The translations under genes were made by a program, and so were the position numbers. From Bacillota bacterium (lineage in GTDB: Bacteria > Bacillota > Sulfobacillia > JAJZYS01 > JAJYTV01), in the NCBI GenBank assembly GCA_021793215.1, contig JAJYTE010000001.1, positions 18,329-82,328 on the forward strand: a stretch of DNA of 64,000 bases. The letters run 5' to 3'. The notes beneath the pieces were generated by a model that did not search any database, was not told where the DNA came from, and saw nothing but the letters and a program-made list of their open reading frames with translations. Positions 29,184-38,103 of this stretch are shown piece by piece. Numbering within the stretch: the first letter of the stretch is position 1; every line of letters begins with the position of its first letter.

Positions 29184-30461
29184 ATGGACCGACGAGCCTG
29201 GGAGGAACGCGCCCGCACGGAGGACGCGAAGGACCCGCTGTCCGCGTATCGCAGCGAGTTCTACCGGCCGCTCGAGACGATCTACCTCGACGGGAACTCC
29301 CTCGGACTTCTATCCCGGCCGGCGGAGGCGGCGCTGCTGCACGCGCTCGACGAGTGGCGCTGCCTCGGCGTCGGCGGGTGGGGCGGCGGGGATCCCGCCT
29401 GGTTTCACCTCGCCGAGCGCATCGGCGCGCTCGAGGCGCCGCTCGTCGGCGCCGAGCCGGAGGAGGTCGTCGCCGCCGCCTCGACGACGCTCAACCTGCA
29501 CCAGTTGCTCTCCACGTTCTACCGTCCGGATGGCGCGCGGCGCGTGCTGCTCTGCGACCCCCTGAACTTCCCGAGTGACAGGTATGCGATCGAGAGCCAC
29601 CTGCGACTGCGCGGCGAGGATCCTGCGGCATGCCTGCGCGAGGTGCCGAGCCGAGACGGCCGCACGCTCTCGGCGGCGGACATCCTCGCGAGCCTTGGCG
29701 AGGACGTCGCCCTCGCCGTGCTGCCCGCAGTGCTCTACCGCAGCGGGCAACTGCTGGACGTGCGCGGCGTGACCGAGGCGGCGCACGCGCGGGGCGCCTT
29801 GATCGGCTGGGACCTCTCGCACGCCGCCGGCGCCGTACCGCTCCAGCTGCACGACGACGGCGCCGACTTCGCCTTCTGGTGCAACTACAAGTACCTGGGC
29901 GGCGGCCCGGGCGCCGCGGCGTCTCTCTTCGTGCACCGTCGCCACTTCGATCGCACGCCGGGCCTGTGGGGCTGGTTCGGCTCGCGCAAGGATCGCCAGT
30001 TCGACATGCTGCAGACCTTCGAGGCCGCAAGCGGCGCAGGGGCGTACCAGACGGGCACGCCGCACATCCTCGCGATGGCTCCGCTCCTGGGCGCGCTCCC
30101 TCTGATCGGGCGTGCCGGCATCACCGCGATCCGCGAGAAGTCGCTGCGGCAGACGTCGCTGCTCATCGAGATGGGCGACGACCTCTTGCGCCCCCTCGGC
30201 TTCACCGTCGGCACGCCGCGGGCGGCCGGCCAGCGCGGCGCCCACGTCGCGTTTGAGCACCCCGAGGGCGCGCGCATCGCGCGCGCCCTGAAGGCATGCG
30301 GGGTCGTGCCGGACTTTCGACCGCCTGACGTCGTGCGGCTCGGACCGAATCCACTGTACACTTCGTTCTCCGAGATCGCGCGGGCCGTCTTGCGGATGCT
30401 GGAGGTCGTGGAGTCCGGAGTCTACCTGCGTCACGCCGCCGAGCGGGACGAGATCGCGTAG
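29184..30461 (+). CDS. kynU: Kynureninase
   Basis: IYLDGNSLG, NFPSDRY, WDLSHAAG, WCNYKYL, DFRPPDVVR. Confidence 0.93.
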   Translation: MDRRAWEERARTEDAKDPLSAYRSEFYRPLETIYLDGNSLGLLSRPAEAALLHALDEWRCLGVGGWGGGDPAWFHLAERIGALEAPLVGAEPEEVVAAASTTLNLHQLLSTFYRPDGARRVLLCDPLNFPSDRYAIESHLRLRGEDPAACLREVPSRDGRTLSAADILASLGEDVALAVLPAVLYRSGQLLDVRGVTEAAHARGALIGWDLSHAAGAVPLQLHDDGADFAFWCNYKYLGGGPGAAASLFVHRRHFDRTPGLWGWFGSRKDRQFDMLQTFEAASGAGAYQTGTPHILAMAPLLGALPLIGRAGITAIREKSLRQTSLLIEMGDDLLRPLGFTVGTPRAAGQRGAHVAFEHPEGARIARALKACGVVPDFRPPDVVRLGPNPLYTSFSEIARAVLRMLEVVESGVYLRHAAERDEIA

Positions 30462-30462
30462 C

Positions 30463-30506
30463 AAGAGCGCAGGAGGTCGGCCAAGTGGCCGGCCTCCTGC
30501 GCTCTT
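30463..30506. terminator. Hairpin between convergent genes
   Basis: AAGAGCGCAGGAGGTCGGCC-AAGT-GGCCGGCCTCCTGCGCTCTT. Confidence 0.75.
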
Positions 30507-30540
30507 CGGGACTTGCGCCAGGGGGTACTGGGGTGCGGGG

Positions 30541-31101
30541 TTACTTCGGGGCGTACTTGGCGAACGAAGCCAGGTGGCTCCAGTAGGCGCCATATCCCAT
30601 GTAGCAGAAGATCACGGCGGCGACGATCAGCAGGAGGGCGGCGATCAGCGTGATGGCGCGCTGGTTCTTGTAGCCGATCGCCGGCAGGGTGACCATCCCG
30701 CCGAGTCCTGCGAGGATGTAGCCGGTACCCGAGAGCGTGGGCTCCGAGGTCATGCCCAGGTTCATCATGCGGATGCCGACGACGATCGGCACAAGTCCGG
30801 CGAAGAAGCCGACGATCGCTGGCCCGAGGATGTCCTGCTTCATCAGCAGCAGGATGCCGGCGAGGGCGAAGACCGCGCCGAAGATCAGGGCCGGCTCGCC
30901 GAAGGCGATGTTGTAGCTGCTCGGCAGGATCCAATGCTCGACGATGTTCAGCGCGAGAATGAACTGCACGACACCTACCGTCAGGAATCCACCGCCCCAG
31001 GTCTGGCGCTTCGTCTCATCCGGCTGGAAGTAAAGGTAGAACGCCAGTAGCGCGAGCCCGATGCCAACAGTCACAAGCATGAGAGCAAGGTAGTCGATCA
31101 T
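30541..31101 (-). CDS. DUF981-family membrane protein
   Basis: MIDYLALML, W.LPSSYNIAFGEP, GMTSEP, C-terminal AYWSHL. Confidence 0.8.
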   Translation of the reverse strand: MIDYLALMLVTVGIGLALLAFYLYFQPDETKRQTWGGGFLTVGVVQFILALNIVEHWILPSSYNIAFGEPALIFGAVFALAGILLLMKQDILGPAIVGFFAGLVPIVVGIRMMNLGMTSEPTLSGTGYILAGLGGMVTLPAIGYKNQRAITLIAALLLIVAAVIFCYMGYGAYWSHLASFAKYAPK

Positions 31102-31623
31102 CGCACTGAGCCTCCCTATCGGCAGGTCCGCGTTCCGCTTCGCGGTCGCGCGCTCCGGTCGTCCGAAGCCTCCTGCCGCAACCAATATCGCGCGTGGCGA
31201 CATTCGCAAACACGGCAAGCGGTCCCCAGATGCGTGGCGCATTCGGCGCACGGGCCGGGGTCCAATCGACGTCCGCGGTCCATCAGGGAAGGCGTGTCGG
31301 CCCAAGAAGGGGTCCATCTGCCGCGGTCAAGCGACTGCGGTCGGGCGATTGCTTGGCCATACGGACGCGCTGCGCGGGAGGGTTCGCCGCAAGGCGCGCG
31401 TGGAGCGCGCGTTCGCGATCTCGGGGCGGGTGCGATGCGGTAGATGACGGATGGGAGGAAACATGCCGTCAAGGCGTCGCGAGCGCGCACGCGTCGGCGC
31501 CGTTCGACGCGTGGCCCGGGTCGGCAAGCCGCCTGTCCGCGTGCTCGCACCGTTCGTCGCACGCGTCGACATACGGCAGGAGTCACGCGGCAGGATCCGG
31601 AAAGAGCGCCGAGGAGGTGTCCG

Positions 31624-32214
31624 ATGATGGCGCGCGCGCGCGTTTGGCGGCTTTCCATGGTCCTCCTGTCGTTGGCCCTGCTCGGAGGCTGTGGCGCGCC
31701 TTCGGTGGCGCCCAAGGCGACGAAGCCCGCGGTGGCGAGGCACGTGGCGCATAGCAGCAAGACGAGATCAAAGACGTCGTCGACGTTAGGGGCGTCCTCG
31801 ACACCGGCGCCTGGCGGGGCGTCGCAGGGGACGTCGAACGGTGGAGGAGGCAGCGCCTCAAGCGGAGCGACCCTGACCTACAGCATGGCGCCACCCGGCC
31901 AGACCACGGGTGGCGCGATGGCGATGCTTTCGGTCAGCGGGCTGCCACAGGGCTGGCAGCTCCAGTACCTTCAGGCCTGGTCCTCCGCGGGAGAGATTAC
32001 CGCCGAGAGTCCATCGGAGGCCATGACCAGCGGGTTCGGCCCTGCGCAGGGCGGCTTCTCGATGGGCTCGGACGGCGAGGTGATCAGTTACTTCTTCCCG
32101 TACCCGCCGGGCAAGTGGGCGGGCACGACGGTGCATTTCACGTTCGTCTACGCCACGCCGACGTCGTCGAGCCAGTCGGTGTCGAGCCAAGCGTTCCTCT
32201 TCCCGCAGGAGTAG
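31624..32214 (+). CDS. Lipoprotein with Ser/Thr/Gly-rich linker, unknown function
   Basis: Lipobox LLGGC, low-complexity stalk, small beta-rich C-terminal domain; SD GGAGG. Confidence 0.7.
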   Translation: MMARARVWRLSMVLLSLALLGGCGAPSVAPKATKPAVARHVAHSSKTRSKTSSTLGASSTPAPGGASQGTSNGGGGSASSGATLTYSMAPPGQTTGGAMAMLSVSGLPQGWQLQYLQAWSSAGEITAESPSEAMTSGFGPAQGGFSMGSDGEVISYFFPYPPGKWAGTTVHFTFVYATPTSSSQSVSSQAFLFPQE

Positions 32215-32222
32215 GGAAGGGC

Positions 32223-33473
32223 CTACGCCACGGCGCGTACGGCGGTGAAGAGGCCGACGCCGATCACGGCCGCAACAGCCAGCCAGACGGCCAGTCGGTA
32301 GACGCCGCGCATGCGCGCCGACGGCGGCAGCGCCTTCGCCTCCAGAACGACGAGGAACCCAAGCACGATCGGCAGGAGGATGGCGTTCATCACCTCGACG
32401 TCGATCGTCAACCGCACCAGCGGCGCGCCGGACAGCACGGCGATCGCGCCGATCGCCAGCGCCGCTGCGTAGGAGAGGTAGAAGACCCTGGCGTCGCGCG
32501 GGTTGCGGTTCAGGCTGTGCGGCTGGCCGAGCGCCTCGCTGACGCCGAAGGCGGCCGCCAGCGAGACGACGAGGGCGGCGACGAGCGAGGCGCCGAGAAT
32601 GCCGAGCCCGAAGACCGCCTTCGCGCCGAGGTAGCCGAGGAACGGCTCCAGTGCGTGGGAGATCTCCGGGATGCCCGTGAGGCTGTGGCTGCCGCGCGCG
32701 GAGCCGATCGTCGCGCCGACGGCCACGACAACGCTGATCATCACGACCTGGGTCGCGATGGCGCCGAGCAGAGTGTCCAGCTTCGCGCTGCGCAGGTCGC
32801 GCGCCGAGAGTCCCTTGTCGATGACTGCGCCCTGCTGGTAGAAGACCATCCAAGGCATGATCACGGCGCCGACGTTCGCCGCGAGCAGGTAGAGGTATCC
32901 GCCGTCCCGGAGCGGCATGCTGGAGATGCCGTGCACCAGCGCGGCGCCGTTCGGATGCGCGAGCAGCGCCGCGGGCAGGAAGAGCAGCTCAAAGAGACCG
33001 AGCGCGATGCCGACCCGCTCCACCTTGCGGTAGCTGCCGCCGAGCCCGAGTCCGATCAACAGGGCGGCCGCGGCGATGACGGCCAGGGAGGGCGAGACGC
33101 CGAAGAGCTGGGCGACGCCCGCGATGCCCGCGAACTCGGTGACGATCGCGCCGAGGCACGCGACGAACAGGGTCCCGACCGAGAGGTAGGCCCACCCGTC
33201 GCCGAACGCTTCGCGGATCAGTTCGCCATGCCCCTTGCCGGTCAGCACCCCGAGGCGCACGGTCAACTCCTGGACGAAGTAGAGCACGGGGATGAGGAGT
33301 AGCTGGGGCAGCACCATGCGGTAGCCCCACTGCGCGCCAGACTGGGCGGCAGTGACGACGCTGCCCGCGTCGGTATCCGCCAGCATGACCATCAGTCCTG
33401 GTCCGATGATCGCTGCGATCTGCGCTACGCGCCGCCACCTGGCGGGGCGTAGCGCAGTTGCGTCGACGTCCAC
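32223..33473 (-). CDS. NRAMP-related divalent cation transporter (Mg2+-type NRMT clade)
   Basis: GPG...DTDAGS (not DPGN), GA.WGY, QELTVRLG..TGKG, GAVIMPWM (not MPH). Confidence 0.85.
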   Translation of the reverse strand: MDVDATALRPARWRRVAQIAAIIGPGLMVMLADTDAGSVVTAAQSGAQWGYRMVLPQLLLIPVLYFVQELTVRLGVLTGKGHGELIREAFGDGWAYLSVGTLFVACLGAIVTEFAGIAGVAQLFGVSPSLAVIAAAALLIGLGLGGSYRKVERVGIALGLFELLFLPAALLAHPNGAALVHGISSMPLRDGGYLYLLAANVGAVIMPWMVFYQQGAVIDKGLSARDLRSAKLDTLLGAIATQVVMISVVVAVGATIGSARGSHSLTGIPEISHALEPFLGYLGAKAVFGLGILGASLVAALVVSLAAAFGVSEALGQPHSLNRNPRDARVFYLSYAAALAIGAIAVLSGAPLVRLTIDVEVMNAILLPIVLGFLVVLEAKALPPSARMRGVYRLAVWLAVAAVIGVGLFTAVRAVA

Positions 33474-33657
33474 CGCGTTTCCCCCAACTTGGCGAGGCTG
33501 CCCATTCGCGGCAAGCTTGCCCGATCGCCGGGCAGCCGAGTCCCCCACGGGCGCTCGGGCCGTTGAAAAAGCTCACTGCCATACTGGGAATTCGCGCGGA
33601 CGGGGGTCAACGGCCGTTCGGGCCAACGGGAGGCGTCCAGACGCCGGGATCGGAGCT

Positions 33658-34320
33658 CTACTCCGGTCGGGATGTGAGCAGCACGTCGACCGGCAGGCGC
33701 AGGAAGGAGCGGCGCATCGCGATGCGCGGAGTGAGTCCCGCCGCGTGCGCCAGTCTGCGCAGGGCGAGCGGGCGGCCGAACCAGGCGAGCGGCAGGGCGT
33801 GGCGCAGGATCTCGTAGTACTGGAGCTGGCGATCGACCGCGGTGGCGTCCGCGAGCGACGCGACGACGATCCGCCCGCCGGGGCGCACGACGCGGGCGAG
33901 CTCTGAGAGTGCGGCTTCCGTCTGCCCGGGCTTCAGGAGCTCGAGCGTCAGCACGCTCACCGCGCCGTCGAAGGCGCCATCCTCGAACGGCAGGCGCCGG
34001 GCGTCTGCCTGCCGCACGGCTGCCGGAGACGGGTGCTCGGTCGCGGTTAGAAGTCGCTCCGCGACCCGGCACATGCCGGGCGAGATGTCGACGCCCTCGA
34101 CGCGTCCCTTCGCGCCCACGAGGTGCGAGAGCGCGATCAGGAGGCGTCCTGTGCCGCTGCCGACGTCCAGCACCCGTTCTCCTTCCTGCGGCTGCAGGAG
34201 GGAGAGCGCCGCCTCCCAGATCTCCTCCGAGGTCTGGTAGAAGAGCGAGTCGTAGAGCGATGCAAGCATGCTGAAGGAGCGCCGCAGCCGTCCCGCCCGC
34301 GCGTCAAGGTCCTGGGCCAT
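33658..34320 (-). CDS. Class I SAM-dependent methyltransferase (UbiE-like)
   Basis: VLDVGSGTG, GVDISPGM, DARRLPFEDGAFD, RVVRPGG. Confidence 0.88.
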   Translation of the reverse strand: MAQDLDARAGRLRRSFSMLASLYDSLFYQTSEEIWEAALSLLQPQEGERVLDVGSGTGRLLIALSHLVGAKGRVEGVDISPGMCRVAERLLTATEHPSPAAVRQADARRLPFEDGAFDGAVSVLTLELLKPGQTEAALSELARVVRPGGRIVVASLADATAVDRQLQYYEILRHALPLAWFGRPLALRRLAHAAGLTPRIAMRRSFLRLPVDVLLTSRPE

Positions 34321-34431
34321 CGGGCGACCTCCTCGTACCTTCCACCAACCAGGATCATAGCAGTTCGCCCGAGAACGCAGGGGACAGGCCGGGTGCGGCG
34401 TAACGAACAAGGATACGGGAGGCGACGCCGC

Positions 34432-35601
34432 GTGGGATGGACGCTCGAGGATCTGCGCTCCGACATTCCTGTGCTGCGCCGCAAGGTCTACTTGAACACG
34501 GGAACGCTGGGCCCGTCGCCGCAGACAGTCACGGTCGCGTTCGTGCGCGCGTACGAGCAGTGGCAGGTCGAGGGGCCGGGGTGGCCGGCGGGGTACGAGG
34601 CGCGCCGGGCCGGCATGGACGCTGTGCGCGCCGAGGTCGGCCTCCTGCTGGGGGCCACTGGCGAAAGGATTGCGCTGGCGGAGAACGTCTCGCAGGCGAT
34701 CAACTGGGTGGCTGGGGCTCTGCCCTTCTCGGAGGGCGACGAGGTGATCGTGGGGACGCACGAGCATCCGGCGAACCGCTACCCGTGGCGGGCGCTGGAG
34801 CGAATGGGGCGCATCCGGGTCGTGCCCTGGGAGATGGACGGCGACGACGACGAACTCCTGACGCAGCTCGAGCGCAGTCTTACGTCCCGTACGCGACTCG
34901 TCGCCGTCTCGCACGTGCTGCAGAGCACGGGACGCGTTTTGCCCGCCCAGAGGATCGTCAGCCTATGCCGGTCGGCGGGCGCGCTCTCGCTGATCGACGG
35001 AGCGCAGGCGATCGGGCAGATGCGGGTCGACCTCTCCGCCCTGGACCCGGACTTCTACGGTTTCAACGGGCACAAGTGGCTGCTCGCGCCCGTCGGCACG
35101 GCGGGGCTGTACGCGCGGCCGGACGCGTTCGCGCACCTCGGCCTGCTGCCGGCCGGCAGCGGGTCGGCGGAAGGGGACCTCCAGGGTCGCCGCACGGACG
35201 ACGTCGCTTGGCGCGAGACGCCGCGGCGCTTCGAAGTCGGCACGCGCAACTGGCCGCTCTACACGGGACTCGGGCGCGCGATCGCCCTCTTCGCCGAGAT
35301 CGGCTGGCAGCGGGCGTGGGATGCGTCCTCCGCCCGCGTGGCGGAGTTCCTCGCCGGCCTGCCGCCGGGCGTTGAGGCGGTAGCTGTGCCGCGCCGCGCG
35401 GCCATGGTCTCCGTCCGCGTGCGGGACCTCCCGGCGCGCCAGGTGGTGGACGGGCTCTACCGCCACGGCCAAGTCGTGGCGCGGGCCGTCGAGGAACTGC
35501 ATCCGCGCGAGGCGGTTCGGTTCTCCTTCGCCCCCTTCAACACGCCCGCAGACGTCGAGGCGGCGCTCGCGGCCCTGGGGGAGGTGGCACGTGATGGCTG
35601 A
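34432..35601 (+). CDS. Class V PLP aminotransferase (C-S lyase/isopenicillin epimerase-like)
   Basis: YLNTGTLGPSP, EHPAN, IDGAQ, FNGHKWL, FEVGT. Confidence 0.85.
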   Translation: MGWTLEDLRSDIPVLRRKVYLNTGTLGPSPQTVTVAFVRAYEQWQVEGPGWPAGYEARRAGMDAVRAEVGLLLGATGERIALAENVSQAINWVAGALPFSEGDEVIVGTHEHPANRYPWRALERMGRIRVVPWEMDGDDDELLTQLERSLTSRTRLVAVSHVLQSTGRVLPAQRIVSLCRSAGALSLIDGAQAIGQMRVDLSALDPDFYGFNGHKWLLAPVGTAGLYARPDAFAHLGLLPAGSGSAEGDLQGRRTDDVAWRETPRRFEVGTRNWPLYTGLGRAIALFAEIGWQRAWDASSARVAEFLAGLPPGVEAVAVPRRAAMVSVRVRDLPARQVVDGLYRHGQVVARAVEELHPREAVRFSFAPFNTPADVEAALAALGEVARDG

Positions 35602-36808
35602 TGAGAGGGGGCCGCTCGACGGCGTGCGCGTCCTCGACCTCTCGCGCGTGCTGGCGGGGCCGTTCGCGACGATGTCGCTCGGTGAGCTCGGTGCGCGCGT
35701 GATCAAGGTGGAGCACGTGCTCGAGGGCGACGAGACCCGCAGCTGGGGCCCGCCGTTCGTCGAGGGGGAGTCGGCGTACTACCTCGGCGTGAACCGCAAC
35801 AAGGAGAGCCTGGCGCTCGACCTGACGCGGGCCGAGGCGCAGGAGGTGGTCCGCCGCCTCGCCACCGGATGGGCGGACGTCGTGGTGGAGAACTTCCGCC
35901 CGGGCAACCTCGACCGGTTCAACCTCTCGCTCGAGTCGCTGCGCGATGCGCAGCCCAGCCTGATCACCGCGAGCGTTCGGGGCTACCCGCTCGGTGACGA
36001 CCGCGCCGGCTACGACTTCGTCATCCAGGGCGCGGGCGGCCTGATGTCGATCACGGGGCCGTCCGACGGGGAACCGTACAAGGTCGGGGTGGCTGCCGCG
36101 GACCTCTTCACGAGCATGTTCCTGCTCAGCGGCGTGCTCGCCGCCCTCTACGAGCGAACCCGAACAGGCCGCGGGCAGCACGTCTCTGTCTCCCTGTTCG
36201 AAAGCCAGGTCGCGATGCTCGCGAACGTCGCCTCCTCCTACCTGCTCACGGGACAGCGCCCGCGCCGCTACGGCAACGCCCACCCTTCGATGGCGCCGTA
36301 CGAGACCGTGCGCACGAAGGACAAGCCGATCGCGATCGGGGTCGGCAACGACCGCCAGTTTCTGAGCCTGGCGCGCGCGCTGGGGCGTGAAGCGTGGGTG
36401 GACGACGCGCGGTTTGGCACGAATCCAGACCGGGTCGCGCACCGCGAGGAACTCCTGGCGGAGATCGAGGCGGCGCTCGCGGAGCGCACCCGGGAGGAGG
36501 CGCTCGCACTGCTGACCAAGGGCGGCATCCCCTGCGGCCCGATCCGCAGCATCGATGAGGTGTTCGCGGGCGCGGAGGTGGCGCAGGCGGGCACCGTCGC
36601 CCACCTGCGCCATCCGCTGATCGAGGACCTGCCGCAGGTCCGGCTGCCTTGGCGCTACAGCCGCACCCCGGCCGAGCCGCGCACGCCGCCGCCGCTGCTG
36701 GGCGAGCACACGCGGCGGATCCTGCGCGAGGTGGGGCTGAGCGATGCGCAGATCGAGGCTGCGCTCGCGACCGGCTACGCCAGCGCACCTCCGGAGAGGG
36801 ACACGTAA
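35594..36808 (+). CDS. Family III CoA-transferase (CaiB/BaiF)
   Basis: PLDGVRVLDLSRVLAGP, GDETRSWGPP, NRNK, ENFRPG, GYD, PPLLGEHT. Confidence 0.93.
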   Translation: MADERGPLDGVRVLDLSRVLAGPFATMSLGELGARVIKVEHVLEGDETRSWGPPFVEGESAYYLGVNRNKESLALDLTRAEAQEVVRRLATGWADVVVENFRPGNLDRFNLSLESLRDAQPSLITASVRGYPLGDDRAGYDFVIQGAGGLMSITGPSDGEPYKVGVAAADLFTSMFLLSGVLAALYERTRTGRGQHVSVSLFESQVAMLANVASSYLLTGQRPRRYGNAHPSMAPYETVRTKDKPIAIGVGNDRQFLSLARALGREAWVDDARFGTNPDRVAHREELLAEIEAALAERTREEALALLTKGGIPCGPIRSIDEVFAGAEVAQAGTVAHLRHPLIEDLPQVRLPWRYSRTPAEPRTPPPLLGEHTRRILREVGLSDAQIEAALATGYASAPPERDT

Positions 36809-36886
36809 TGGCAGTCGGTTTCGCCGTCGCGCAAACTTCACACCGCCAAGGTACAATTGTCTAAGGGCTAGGTGGGGAGGGGCAGC

Positions 36887-37489
36887 ATGTCCACTGCGGA
36901 GGCCTCAGAGCGGACCGTCGGCATGGACCGTGCGGCCCGCATCGTCTCGGACCTCGGCAGCCCGCCTGTTGTCGGCACTGCCTACTTCCTGGTGCTCGCC
37001 ATCGCGCTAGGTCCGCGGGATCTCGGCATGACGGCCGCGGCATGGGGCCTCATGCTGTGCTTGCCTTCGCTGATCCTGCTCGGTGCAGTCAAGCGCGGCC
37101 GCGTCAGCGACTCCGACATGACCTTGATCGCGGAGCGCAAAAGGTTCCTTCCGCTGGCCTTGCCGTTTGGCGTCGTGACGCTGGCCGGTGCCGTGCTCTT
37201 CAGGGCCCCGTCGGCGCTGGAGACCTCGATCGCCGGCATGGTGCTGTGGGTGGCGGCGGGTTCGGTGATCACCCAGTTCTGGAAGGTCAGCATGCACGTC
37301 AGCGGTGCGGCCGCGGGCTTCTGGCTCAGCCTCCTGTTCTTCGGCCCGCCCGCGCTCGCGGTCGTTTGGGTGCCGGTCGTCATCGGTTGGTCGAGGCTGC
37401 GCCTTCACCGCCACGACGCATGGCAAGTGGCGGGCGGCGCTCTGCTCGGGACCGTGAGCGTGCTCGCGGCGTTCGCCGCCCTCCACTAG
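36887..37489 (+). CDS. PAP2-like membrane protein
   Basis: Multiple TMs, WKVSMH, WSRLRLHRH...QV..G. Confidence 0.7.
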   Translation: MSTAEASERTVGMDRAARIVSDLGSPPVVGTAYFLVLAIALGPRDLGMTAAAWGLMLCLPSLILLGAVKRGRVSDSDMTLIAERKRFLPLALPFGVVTLAGAVLFRAPSALETSIAGMVLWVAAGSVITQFWKVSMHVSGAAAGFWLSLLFFGPPALAVVWVPVVIGWSRLRLHRHDAWQVAGGALLGTVSVLAAFAALH

Positions 37490-37557
37490 GCAGGCGGGAT
37501 GCGCGCGTTGGCGAAGTAGGCATTGCGGTTTCAGGTTCCGGAGAGGAGTTATCGCCG

Positions 37558-38034
37558 ATGTCGCAAGACGCGGGCCAGCCCTTGACCAACCTGTACCTGG
37601 CAGCGGCCGTGATCGGCGTGCTGTCCGTGATCTCACACTTCGCGGTCCCCAGGACGAGCGACTTGGCGAGACTGATCGGCTACGCGCTCGATATCCTGAT
37701 TGCGGTCGTCGTCGGCCTGATCGCCATCCGTGCGAAGCGGACCGTGGACCGCGCGGCCCTCAGGGCGTCCGCGGCCGGCGCCATCTTCGGACTCATCACT
37801 GGGGTCGGGGACCTCTTGTTCCCGCCGTCGGCCGGCGCGCTGCGCAGCGCCATGCTGGATGATCGCGCCAGCATCTCGCAGTCCGAGATGAACGCGGTGA
37901 TCAACTTCACGCGTTCGCTCGGGGTGCGTATTTTCGAACTGATCGTCGCCGTGCTGGTCGGATGGCTCCTGGCGCTGCTGATCGGGTGGATCGTGACCCT
38001 GTTCGTGCAGGGCCCGGACCAGCGGGCGATCTAG
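37558..38034 (+). CDS. Hypothetical 4-TM membrane protein
   Basis: SD GAGGAG and four hydrophobic segments, followed by a hairpin. Confidence 0.65.
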   Translation: MSQDAGQPLTNLYLAAAVIGVLSVISHFAVPRTSDLARLIGYALDILIAVVVGLIAIRAKRTVDRAALRASAAGAIFGLITGVGDLLFPPSAGALRSAMLDDRASISQSEMNAVINFTRSLGVRIFELIVAVLVGWLLALLIGWIVTLFVQGPDQRAI

Positions 38035-38043
38035 AACCCCATC

Positions 38044-38087
38044 TCGGTCCCCGGCCGCAGAGCGGCCGGGGACCGATCACGTCTTTT
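38044..38087 (+). terminator. Intrinsic terminator-like hairpin
   Basis: TCGGTCCCCGGCCGC-AGA-GCGGCCGGGGACCGA, then TCTTTT a few nt later. Confidence 0.6.
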
Positions 38088-38103
38088 CGGAGGAGGGACT
38101 CCA

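Noticed and set aside
31250-31330. Fluoride riboswitch (GAUGG...CUGAUG on the minus strand)
   Set aside because: The P1 pairing and AAACCGC-like element are missing and the downstream gene is not fluoride-related.
33474-33610. Canonical M-box or yybP-ykoY riboswitch
   Set aside because: Too short and lacks the conserved segments (AGGUGAGGC / GCUAAAGC for M-box; GGGGAGUA...GAGACC for yybP-ykoY). Kept only as an unclassified structured leader.
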